From contig CAZWYD010000002.1 in assembly GCA_964637815.1 (NCBI GenBank), positions 1 to 40,829 of the forward strand: a DNA stretch of 40,829 nt, read 5' to 3'. This document shows, piece after piece, positions 7,471 through 15,727 of this stretch. Numbering within the stretch: the first letter of the stretch is position 1; the number at the start of each line of letters is the position of its first letter. The DNA is from an uncultured Planctomycetia bacterium (GTDB lineage Bacteria > Omnitrophota > Gorgyraeia > Gorgyraeales > Gorgyraeaceae). Both the position numbers and the translations under genes were made by a program. The notes beneath the pieces are model-generated. The model did no database searches. It was not told the DNA's origin and saw only the letters and a program-made list of their open reading frames with translations.

Positions 7471-9000
7471 ATGCTATCAAAGGTATTTTCAGCAACAACT
7501 ATTGGTATTGAAGCAAGAGAGATCGAGATTGAAGTAGATATAGCGAAAGGGCTGCCGCAGGTGGCTATTGTAGGGCTCCCTGATACTGCTATACGAGAGT
7601 CCAGGGACAGGGTGCGTTCGGCAATAAAAAACAGCCAGTTCAAGTATCCTTCCAAAAAGATAACAGTAAATCTTGCGCCATGTGACATAAAGAAAGAAGG
7701 TCCATGTTTTGATCTTCCTATTGCAATAGGTGTACTTGTTGCATCTGAGCAGATAGCTTATAAGAACGTAAAGGATTTTGTATTTCTGGGAGAGCTTGCC
7801 CTTAATGGCAGGATAAGACCTGTAAAAGGGGTCCTGCCTATTGCAATATCTTTAAAGAACTCGCGTAAAAAACTGATCCTGCCAGAAGAAAATGCATATG
7901 AGGCCAGCGTAGTAGAAGGCCTGGAGGTCTATCCTGTAGACAGGCTCAATAATGTGTGTGATTTCATAAACGACATAAATTCGCTCTCGCCCTTACCTTA
8001 TACTGCCCAGATCCATCTAAATAAAAGACGCGACTATGATGTTGATTTCTCAGACGTAAAAGGTCAGGTCTATGCAAAGAGGGCCATGGAGATCGCTGCA
8101 GCAGGAGGTCACAATATCATCATGATAGGCCCTCCTGGCAGCGGAAAAACAATGCTCGCTAAGAGGCTGCCCACGATCATGTCTGATATGACACTTGAAG
8201 AAGCTATTGAGACCACAAAGATATACAGCATATGCGGCCTTGTGCCAACAAAAAAGGCAATGATAAATACAAGACCCTTTAGGACGCCACACCACACCTC
8301 ATCTGATTCATCGCTTGTGGGTGGCGGAAGCACGCCAAAGCCAGGCGAGGTAAGCTTGGCGCACAATGGTGTGCTTTTTATGGACGAGCTGCCTGAATTT
8401 CACAGGAATGTCTTAGAAGCACTGCGGCAGCCTCTTGAAGACGGATACGTAACTATTTCCAGGGTAAGCGCTACCTTGAGATTCCCGTCCAAGTTTACTC
8501 TTGTGGCGTCGATGAACCCGTGCCCGTGCGGTTTTTTAACTGATCCAAAAAAAGAATGCCTTTGCACATCTCCAAGAATACAGAAATACATGTCCAGGAT
8601 CTCAGGTCCGCTCTTGGACAGGATCGACATCCACATAGAGGTCCCTCCTGTCAGATACAAAGAACTATCTGATGAGACCTGTGGAGAAAAATCAGAAGTG
8701 ATAAAGGCAAGGGTTGAAGCTGCAAGAAAGATTCAGCTGGCTAGACTCAAAGACCATGGCATATTCGCAAACTCCCAAATGCCTCATAAGCTCATAAGAA
8801 AATACTGCCGACTAGACGAGGCCGCGCAAAATCTCCTGAAACAAGCAATAACAGAAATGGGCTTCAGCGCCAGATGCTACGACAAGATCCTGAAGATCTC
8901 CAGAACAATTGCAGATTTGGAAGGAAAACCCAAGATAGAACCCAACCACGTCTCTGAAAGCATACAACTAAGAAGCTTAGACAAAACCGGCTGGATGTAA
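7471..9000 (+). CDS. comM: YifB/ComM family Mg-chelatase-like AAA+ ATPase
   Basis: N-terminal Lon-like domain (GLPxxxIVGLPDTAIRESRDRV). Walker A GPPGSGKT. FMDELPEF Walker B/sensor region. C-terminal Mg-chelatase subunit ChlI-like region. Start set to the ATG at 7471, with AAGGAGGT 7 nt upstream. Confidence 0.9.
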   Translation: MLSKVFSATTIGIEAREIEIEVDIAKGLPQVAIVGLPDTAIRESRDRVRSAIKNSQFKYPSKKITVNLAPCDIKKEGPCFDLPIAIGVLVASEQIAYKNVKDFVFLGELALNGRIRPVKGVLPIAISLKNSRKKLILPEENAYEASVVEGLEVYPVDRLNNVCDFINDINSLSPLPYTAQIHLNKRRDYDVDFSDVKGQVYAKRAMEIAAAGGHNIIMIGPPGSGKTMLAKRLPTIMSDMTLEEAIETTKIYSICGLVPTKKAMINTRPFRTPHHTSSDSSLVGGGSTPKPGEVSLAHNGVLFMDELPEFHRNVLEALRQPLEDGYVTISRVSATLRFPSKFTLVASMNPCPCGFLTDPKKECLCTSPRIQKYMSRISGPLLDRIDIHIEVPPVRYKELSDETCGEKSEVIKARVEAARKIQLARLKDHGIFANSQMPHKLIRKYCRLDEAAQNLLKQAITEMGFSARCYDKILKISRTIADLEGKPKIEPNHVSESIQLRSLDKTGWM

Positions 9001-9040
9001 AGGCTAACAAAAAAACCTTAAAAATTATAAAACCGTGACC

Positions 9041-9066
9041 GTAGGCCGGGTTTAAACCCGGCCTAC
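9041..9066. repeat. Perfect 26-nt palindrome centred on GTTTAAAC, 40 nt downstream of the comM stop
   Basis: GTAGGCCGGGTTT|AAACCCGGCCTAC. It matches the core of 7419-7452 at 22 of 26 positions, and the 4 differences occur as 2 compensatory pairs. Confidence 0.85.
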
Positions 9067-9217
9067 TACTGAAAGATAAATCTCTGGAAGAATGGTTTGT
9101 CTGGACACTGGAAGAGTTCTCAAAGAATCCTGAAATTGATCCTACATCACTGCTGCCTTAAATATTAACATGCCTATACATTATCTCTGTTAACTCACCG
9201 ATTATGGGTATTTTGGC

Positions 9218-9385
9218 CTACCTACTCGTAAGTGCCTTTTCTAGGTCTACTCGCAACTGGTTGACTATGGCCTTTGGCACGCAGAATTGGGAACGCAATA
9301 ATGGGGAACTCACTGTGAATTCGAACATATTGGGATTATTGGGGAGTTTGCGGAATTTCAGTTCGATCTTGGTTACATTGGACAT
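9218..9385 (-). CDS. Hypothetical 55-aa ORF, apparently translationally coupled to the histidine kinase (not in the supplied ORF track)
   Basis: The ATG at 9385 lies 9 nt after the kinase stop and has GAGGTG 4 nt upstream. Translation: MSNVTKIELKFRKLPNNPNMFEFTVSSPLLRSQFCVPKAIVNQLRVDLEKALTSR. No motif I can name with confidence. Confidence 0.3.
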   Translation of the reverse strand: MSNVTKIELKFRKLPNNPNMFEFTVSSPLLRSQFCVPKAIVNQLRVDLEKALTSR

Positions 9386-9394
9386 ACAACACCT

Positions 9395-12055
9395 CTACTT
9401 TGGCAGGTTGAAGATAAAGGTTGAACCTTTACCTGGGGTGCTCTCTACTCTCATGCGGCCTTTGTGGAGTTCTACTATGTCTTTTGCTATTGGAAGGCCA
9501 AGACCTGTGCCTTCTTTTTTCTCTGCAACAACCCTTACGAATTTATCAAAGATCTTCTCGCACTCTTCTTTTGTCATGCCCGGGCCAGTGTCCTGGATTT
9601 CCACCTGCACCTCATCCTGCAATTCGGCAATCTTTACAGTAACACCTCCCTTGTCAGTGAACTTCAGGGCATTGCCTACAAGATTCACAAAGACCTGTGT
9701 CAATTTGTCTTCGTCTGCCTTGATGCTAACGGCCTTATCTGGAAATTCTCGTTTTAGGTCCACCTTCTTTTTCCTGGCTACACTATCAAATTCTTTAAGA
9801 ACTCCTTTTGCCAGTTCTACCACATTCAAAGTTTCCTTCTTGAGTGACATTTTGCCTGATTCGATCTTGGATAAATCCAGAAGATTATTCACGAGCCTCG
9901 CGAGCCTGTTTACAACCCTGAACACGTCGCCCAGTATCTCCTGTTGTTTTGGCTGGACCTTCCCTGCAAAACCTTTATCAATATTATCTAAATTACCTGT
10001 TATCAGGGTAAGTGGCGTCCTTAATTCATGCACTACGTTTGCCACAAAGTCTGACTTCATCCTGTCCAGCTCTTTAAGCTTAGAATTGATCTTCTCTAAT
10101 TCATCTTTCTTGAAAACAAGGGTCTTGTTTGCCTCTCCCAGCTGAGCAGTCCTTTCCTTTACCTTGTTCTCTAAATTTGTATAGAGTTCCTTGAGCTCCC
10201 CTGCCATTGTGTTAAATCCCTCTGCAAGATCCTGTATCTCATCCCCTGTCTTTATGTTCAATCGATGATCCAGGTTGCCCTTACCTATTATGCCAGCGCC
10301 ACTGTAAAGTTCTTGGATAGGATTCGTTATGGAGCTCGTAGTGTAGAAAATAATAAATACTGCTATAAAAGCCACTACACCTATTATGATAAATATCACG
10401 ATATTGATAGTCCTTATCCTATTCGTAAGCTCTTTTTTGTTCCTTTCAATCTGACCAATCTCTGCCTCCACTGCCTTGGCTAAGCGATCTTTTAAATCAC
10501 CCTGTAATTCTATAAGGGTCCACCCGCGTTCCTTCATAATGCTATCATGACTATCAATAACACCTAAGACAGCGCTATTGAAACTATCTAGCTGCAGCTC
10601 TATTTCTTTTATAAACACAGAATCAGCACGCTTCTTAGAAAGATTCCTGTATCTATTCATGTATTTTTTCATATCAAAATACGACTCTGAATACTGGTCC
10701 TTGTACTTTAGTTCCTGTTCATCTAAATAATCCATAATGAACCTGGACGAACATGAAAGTCCATCCTTGAGATGCATCAATATCCACCTCGCAGGCACAA
10801 GCTTCTCCAAGATATCCTGCGGATCCTTTGCCTCTTTTATCAAAGAATCCTTTTGCGCCAGAAGTTCGTCAATCTTGTTTTCAATCTCTAATCCTATGGA
10901 CAAAAACTCTGAAAGGCTGCTCTGTTTCTTGTCAAAGAGTGCCATGTTAGAATCTATAAGCTTTAAAATAGCATTGTCTGATTCTATGATATCGTCTAAA
11001 AACTTCTCTGTGTCCCTGAGTCGCGCATGACGGCCATAATCCTTAAGGGCCTTATCTATATTCTGTCTAAGCTGATGATAGCGAGCTATGTATGTTTCAT
11101 CTCCAGTCAATATATATCTGCTGCTTGCCCTCCACGACTCTGCCAGATCCTTTTCGATCTTGGAGATATTGTGTATGGCTGGTATATCCTCTGTAAGCGC
11201 AGCCCCTGCTCCCAGCTTTGAAGAAATACCACTTTTCTTAAGTGCTATTATCTTATCCAGCGCCTCCATAAAATCCTTGTCTTTAGCCAAGAGCAGATCC
11301 ACGCAACTCCCTGCTTTAGCCCTAAGATCAATTATTGAGCTGACAATTGATTTAATTTCAGTAGAGGACTCTATAAGTTCAGTCGCAAGACTGCGCTCTT
11401 TATCAGAAAGAGAATATCCGTAGTAATTTTTGTAATCTCTTAAGGATTTCTCCAATATCAAGACATCTTCTTCATTAAGGTCTGAGAGTGCCTTTGAAAA
11501 CCTCAGGCGAGCCTCTGTTATAAGGTCTGAGGCAGGGAGATACTGCGTCTGGACCAACAAAAAATCCTTCTCATCCTGTATCTTTTTTTCTTCAAAATCA
11601 AAGAGGCTGTCGAGTTTCTTTGTAAATTTGATCTCTATTGCCCTGAGATCCTTGTATAGAGTGTCTATATCTTTTCTGTTTTTAAATATATCCTGCGCAG
11701 CTCCATTTATCTGGGCGGTTAAATCCTCTACCTCTTCAAAAAGCCCTGTTTCCTCCTCCTCAGATATAAACTTTGTAAGAGATGATATATCCTGCTCTAT
11801 TCCTTTATGCGCCTTTTCGTAATTTATCTTAAAATTCTCGTTTCCCGTTATGAGAAAATTATTGATTTCAGAAAGAAGTTTTTCCATTGAAATGGCTATC
11901 TGGTAGGTAGACCTGGATGCAGGCAGATCCCTTGCAAAGACCTGACTCAAGCCTCTATATATATGCCTTAGACTATAGATGGAAAGTGCACCAAGAATTA
12001 TAACGAGTAGAAAGGTTACGAAAAAACTAATCCCAATCTTTCTGCTTATACGCAT
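9395..12055 (-). CDS. Sensor histidine kinase with a large extracytoplasmic helical (CHASE3-like) sensor, HAMP, HisKA and HATPase_c domains
   Basis: TM1 ISFFVTFLLVIILGALSIYSL. A ~540-aa helical ectodomain with two LTG(D/N)E..Y-type CHASE3-like signatures (FLITGNENFKINYEKA and YILTGDETYIARYHQL). TM2, then a HAMP domain (GDEIQDLAEGFNTMAGEL). H-box HELRTPLT. N/G boxes (VNLVGNALKFT, DTGPGM, GTGLGLPIAK). Confidence 0.9.
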   Translation of the reverse strand: MRISRKIGISFFVTFLLVIILGALSIYSLRHIYRGLSQVFARDLPASRSTYQIAISMEKLLSEINNFLITGNENFKINYEKAHKGIEQDISSLTKFISEEEETGLFEEVEDLTAQINGAAQDIFKNRKDIDTLYKDLRAIEIKFTKKLDSLFDFEEKKIQDEKDFLLVQTQYLPASDLITEARLRFSKALSDLNEEDVLILEKSLRDYKNYYGYSLSDKERSLATELIESSTEIKSIVSSIIDLRAKAGSCVDLLLAKDKDFMEALDKIIALKKSGISSKLGAGAALTEDIPAIHNISKIEKDLAESWRASSRYILTGDETYIARYHQLRQNIDKALKDYGRHARLRDTEKFLDDIIESDNAILKLIDSNMALFDKKQSSLSEFLSIGLEIENKIDELLAQKDSLIKEAKDPQDILEKLVPARWILMHLKDGLSCSSRFIMDYLDEQELKYKDQYSESYFDMKKYMNRYRNLSKKRADSVFIKEIELQLDSFNSAVLGVIDSHDSIMKERGWTLIELQGDLKDRLAKAVEAEIGQIERNKKELTNRIRTINIVIFIIIGVVAFIAVFIIFYTTSSITNPIQELYSGAGIIGKGNLDHRLNIKTGDEIQDLAEGFNTMAGELKELYTNLENKVKERTAQLGEANKTLVFKKDELEKINSKLKELDRMKSDFVANVVHELRTPLTLITGNLDNIDKGFAGKVQPKQQEILGDVFRVVNRLARLVNNLLDLSKIESGKMSLKKETLNVVELAKGVLKEFDSVARKKKVDLKREFPDKAVSIKADEDKLTQVFVNLVGNALKFTDKGGVTVKIAELQDEVQVEIQDTGPGMTKEECEKIFDKFVRVVAEKKEGTGLGLPIAKDIVELHKGRMRVESTPGKGSTFIFNLPK

Positions 12056-12061
12056 AGAGAG

Positions 12062-12090
12062 ATTGTATCACACGGGATTTCATACTTCAA
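12062..12090 (-). promoter_or_regulatory. Sigma70-like promoter placed for a leaderless kinase mRNA
   Basis: The minus strand reads TTGAAG-N17-TACAAT, followed by CTCTCT and then the ATG at 12055. No Shine-Dalgarno sequence is present. Confidence 0.35.
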
Positions 12091-12139
12091 GTTTAGATTT
12101 GTAGGGTGTCTGCAGGATAGGTTTCTTTCGCTTTTTACT

Positions 12140-13012
12140 TTAGAATAGCGTCAGAGAAGGTTTTTTTATCTTATATGACTTGAGGGCCTTTTGCCATGAG
12201 GGAGAGATGATTTCTTTTTTTACCCATCCACCCATGCCTCTAAATCTGCCGCAATATTGACAGATGACTGTTGTCTGGTCTAGCATTGGATCGCCTGGCA
12301 GGGGCAGCTCTTTTCTTCCAATATCAAAACCAAAGACTCTATCAATGCCTCCGGCCATTGGGCAGACATAATAACCATATGGTGTCACTCCCAGCCCACA
12401 CGCGTTCATTCCCCTGCAACCTACAGAGTAGTCAGCAAATTTATAATATGCAAGATCCCGCGGCGCAAGATTAAAAGCAAAAAACCTCTCTTGAACCCTG
12501 GATTTTTTTGCTGTGTTGGCTATCTTAACCTCTCCTCGAACCTTGGACAAGATACTCTTTACCTTTTCGCCGTAACCATTGCTGACAATTTCTATGCACG
12601 TATCCGGGGCATAGTTACGTTTATACTCCACCAATAAGTCCAGGATCTCAAAGATATCAGGGTGCAAAGTTGCTTCGCCGCCCATCGCCCTTATCTTTCC
12701 CCATTTTATATTATTATCGATATTTGCCTTAATAAATTTTTTTACCTGTTCTACGGTCATCCGGTCACTGCTCGGAGCTAACCCACAGGACCTTATGCAA
12801 TTCACGCAATCCATGTTACAGACATAAGTCAAGTCCAATTCTGCGATTTCAGGTGTCCGCGTAAAAATAGGCCCGAAGAGTTTTGTTACAGGCTTCTGCG
12901 CTATAATAAAAAAACAGACCCTTTTTAGGGTTTCGTGCTTAAGCACAAAGTTCTCCGCAAGCTTTGAAAAATATTTCTCAAAAAAAGTTCTTTTTTGCAC
13001 GTTCTTCTTCAT
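12140..13012 (-). CDS. Small radical SAM enzyme with a Cys-rich C-terminal (SPASM/twitch-like) region
   Basis: 290 aa. CNMDCVNC is the CX3CX2C radical-SAM cluster motif. GGEATLHP is the SAM-binding GGE motif. C-terminal cysteines: CRGMNAC, YYVCP and CQYCGRF. Confidence 0.8.
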   Translation of the reverse strand: MKKNVQKRTFFEKYFSKLAENFVLKHETLKRVCFFIIAQKPVTKLFGPIFTRTPEIAELDLTYVCNMDCVNCIRSCGLAPSSDRMTVEQVKKFIKANIDNNIKWGKIRAMGGEATLHPDIFEILDLLVEYKRNYAPDTCIEIVSNGYGEKVKSILSKVRGEVKIANTAKKSRVQERFFAFNLAPRDLAYYKFADYSVGCRGMNACGLGVTPYGYYVCPMAGGIDRVFGFDIGRKELPLPGDPMLDQTTVICQYCGRFRGMGGWVKKEIISPSWQKALKSYKIKKPSLTLF

Positions 13013-13043
13013 CCTTTTCTAATCCTCGTGAATTCGAACATCA

Positions 13044-14480
13044 TTAATAATGTGAAGCAGGGTCATCGTATCCGTTAGTGGGCGGTGGAAATTCAGGCGG
13101 GGGCTTAGGTGGTATATATGTCTCAGCTACAGGCACTATCCTACCTAGTACGCAGATAATATCATCCTCTGTAACCATTGCAACAGGCGCATAGAGTCTA
13201 TAACTTACCCTTATGGGAGAATTTACCATAGGGATCTTGCCTTTTTTATCATCTCCGAAATAAACACTCGCGTAATTTCCTGAGTCGAGCTTAACTACGT
13301 AATCCTTGCTCGCTAAAGAACTCTCGAAGAAACTCTCTTGCTTATACCACTCTTCATATCCAGATCCTTCGTCTACATATGCGTGTAAATCGTATATGAC
13401 AAAACCTGCATTCTTGAGCTCAAAACTCTGACCTTGAGCGCCATCACTTATGCCAATAATCTCCTGTACAGGAGAATCATACAAGACCCTGGCAAGCTCT
13501 TCGCGAGTCAATAACTCATCTGGCTCAGTGCCAACAAATATATCAATGCCGTGCTTACGAAGTATCTCAGCCTGAAGTCGATATGCTTCCTTTTCCGTAA
13601 GGATACCATAATTCCACGGCAGCTGGTCCTGTATGTGCCTTGTCTTTATAAGAAGGTCTACAAAATTTGCCCTTGTAAGTAGTCTTGATGGATTGTATTT
13701 ATCTTTCAATGACCTTGCCACATCTGGGTCAGAGAGAAGCATTACTACTTCACACTCTGTCACCATCTCATCATCCCTTCCAAAAAACTTGTATATTGTC
13801 TTTAATCTTGAACCTGCTTTAGGGATCCTGCCCTTTTCATTATCACCGAACACTACCATTGCGTCATCACAAGAATCCAGCTTTGCAACATAGTGTTCTG
13901 CGCTAGCTTCGCTTTCCTCAAACGTCCTTTTCCTTTCCCATAGCTCAAATCCTTTTCCTTCATCCGCATATACTTCGACATCATATACAATAAATTCATC
14001 GTTCTTTAGATCAAACATCTGGTCTGGCAGTCCGCTTGAAAGGCCCAAATACTTTTCTACAGTGATATTCTTTAATACTGTAGCCAGCTCTTCTCTTGTA
14101 AGAGGAGATAAAGGCTTGGTACCAACAAACATATCTATGCCCTTACGATCCAAGAGTTCTGCCTTTAAAATATACCTCTCTTCATCGCTCAACCTATGTA
14201 CATTCTGGGCAAATTCCTTATCCAGTCGTATCACCTCCGACAGAATATCCACGAATAACAACTTCGCAATAGGCATATATTTGGCAACAGGCTCTTCCCT
14301 GCAATCCTTTGCAGCCTTTAATAAATATTCATTTTCAGGCGCACAAGGGTCTCTCTCAAGACAGATAACTCCCTCATCAACCCTGCATCTGGTCCGGCAC
14401 ACATCTGCATCTTGCTTAGCCATCGCAGACGTAATTGTTAATATGCTAAATACTATTATTACAGATATTATCTTTCTCAT
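13044..14480 (-). CDS. Secreted protein with a Cys-rich N-terminus, two ~190-aa tandem repeats with SLH-like segments, and a Pro-rich C-terminus
   Basis: Signal peptide ending SAMA-KQ. Six Cys fall within residues ~27-60. Repeat 1 (ERYILKAELLDRKGIDMFVGTKPLSPLTREELATVL...FDLKNDEFIVYDVEVYADEG) matches repeat 2 (EAYRLQAEILRKHGIDIFVGTEPDELLTREELARVL...FELKNAGFVIYDLHAYVDEG). Tail is PPKPPPEFPPP. Strong RBS (GGAGG). Confidence 0.75.
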   Translation of the reverse strand: MRKIISVIIVFSILTITSAMAKQDADVCRTRCRVDEGVICLERDPCAPENEYLLKAAKDCREEPVAKYMPIAKLLFVDILSEVIRLDKEFAQNVHRLSDEERYILKAELLDRKGIDMFVGTKPLSPLTREELATVLKNITVEKYLGLSSGLPDQMFDLKNDEFIVYDVEVYADEGKGFELWERKRTFEESEASAEHYVAKLDSCDDAMVVFGDNEKGRIPKAGSRLKTIYKFFGRDDEMVTECEVVMLLSDPDVARSLKDKYNPSRLLTRANFVDLLIKTRHIQDQLPWNYGILTEKEAYRLQAEILRKHGIDIFVGTEPDELLTREELARVLYDSPVQEIIGISDGAQGQSFELKNAGFVIYDLHAYVDEGSGYEEWYKQESFFESSLASKDYVVKLDSGNYASVYFGDDKKGKIPMVNSPIRVSYRLYAPVAMVTEDDIICVLGRIVPVAETYIPPKPPPEFPPPTNGYDDPASHY

Positions 14481-14515
14481 ATGTCCTCCTTAAAAACTTT
14501 TTAAATACTTATATA

Positions 14516-14544
14516 ATTATACCAAATATACAATGCTTTTGCAA
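14516..14544 (-). promoter_or_regulatory. Sigma70-like promoter upstream of the secreted repeat protein
   Basis: The minus strand reads TTGCAA-N17-TATAAT, about 35 nt upstream of the ATG at 14480. Confidence 0.45.
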
Positions 14545-14555
14545 GTAAAATCTTA

Positions 14556-15116
14556 TTAATCTTTTAGATGCACGTCTGCGTAAACTGCGAGCATTTCCTG
14601 GACTTTTTTAGGCGGTAAAATGACAAAGTAGTGGTCTACTATACAGTGTGCCATCTCGTGGGCGAGAAGACCTTCTCTTATGGCGCGTTCTGTTGTGTAA
14701 ATGGTGTTGGTCTTGTAAATATAAAAAGAATCTGCTGTATTTGGCTGGTGAAATATGTCTTCATATGCCTCGTTCAGACCATGTTTTGTCTTATAGATAT
14801 TAATGGCAACGTGTATCTTAGAAGGAAACATATCCAGTATATCTTCGACCTTCATGAATACAGCGTCGAGTTTGTCTGACAGGATCTCCTCCATTGAAAG
14901 ATCTGCCTTTTTCCTATAGCTACGAGCACTATAAAAATCAGAAAACCTGAGATTAATACGCCTGTTGACTATCTTCAAGTTCACATCCTTTTCATAGAAT
15001 ACAGTGCAGAATCTCGTCGAGAATATATTCCATTCCCTCTCTTGCGAATAAGCAAAATCCGCAACAGTAAGCACTAAACATGCAATAATTAAAATAACAC
15101 CTATTTTAACTTTCAT
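14556..15116 (-). CDS. Secreted small HExxH protein (putative zinc metallopeptidase-like)
   Basis: 186 aa. N-terminal signal/anchor. LLAHEMAHCIVDH contains HExxH. No other family-level motif recognised. Confidence 0.6.
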   Translation of the reverse strand: MKVKIGVILIIACLVLTVADFAYSQEREWNIFSTRFCTVFYEKDVNLKIVNRRINLRFSDFYSARSYRKKADLSMEEILSDKLDAVFMKVEDILDMFPSKIHVAINIYKTKHGLNEAYEDIFHQPNTADSFYIYKTNTIYTTERAIREGLLAHEMAHCIVDHYFVILPPKKVQEMLAVYADVHLKD

Positions 15117-15117
15117 A

Positions 15118-15717
15118 TTAGCGGCTTATCTTGAAATACGAAAGTGCCTGATTAAGGTCCTTTTTATCCTTTTTTAACTCAGAGACTATCTTCTTAATAT
15201 CCTCTTTCAATAGCAGTTCCTGGTTCGAACTGTCTGTAAGCTCGTCGATCAAACCGTCCAGCTTTTCTGAAACACCAACTACTTTTAAAAGCCCCACGCT
15301 CAGGCCTTGGGTCATGTTGTTAAAGGCGCTGACCATATTCTGAAACTGGTCTTTCTTCCTTATCTTTAGATCAGGAGTGAGCTCGCCATTTCCGATCTTC
15401 TGGGCATATTTTTCAAACCTATACATAGGCCCTGCGAGCCGATGCGTCATGAAAAGCACTATAATACTCGCTGCTATTGCCAATAGCAGGCCTACTATAA
15501 GCCCTCCCAATAGCAAACCAGGCAATATGTAATCAGCTGTACTTTTCACTACCAGTCTCGAATTTTCGAAAGACGTGGTAAGCGTGCGGCTAGAAGACGC
15601 GTATAAAACTATCCCAAAGACCACACAGCCAATTGCCACCAACGTACAAAACTTCAATATAAACTCTGTCTGAAAACTCTTGTTTATGAAATAATTCCTG
15701 CGCTTGTATTTTGCCAT
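15118..15717 (-). CDS. Two-TM HAMP domain membrane protein
   Basis: 199 aa. KRRNYFINKSFQ N-terminal box. Two TM helices. HAMP-like segment RLAGPMYRFEKYAQKIGNGELTPDLKIRKKDQFQNMVSAFNNM. Strong RBS GGAGG. Confidence 0.75.
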   Translation of the reverse strand: MAKYKRRNYFINKSFQTEFILKFCTLVAIGCVVFGIVLYASSSRTLTTSFENSRLVVKSTADYILPGLLLGGLIVGLLLAIAASIIVLFMTHRLAGPMYRFEKYAQKIGNGELTPDLKIRKKDQFQNMVSAFNNMTQGLSVGLLKVVGVSEKLDGLIDELTDSSNQELLLKEDIKKIVSELKKDKKDLNQALSYFKISR

Positions 15718-15727
15718 GGTCTCCTCC

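Noticed and set aside
9204-10145. 313-aa plus-strand ORF
   Set aside because: It lies almost entirely antisense to the well-supported histidine kinase. The composition is low-complexity (Ser/Leu/Thr/Phe-rich), with no RBS and no motif. It is a typical shadow ORF of an AT-rich gene.
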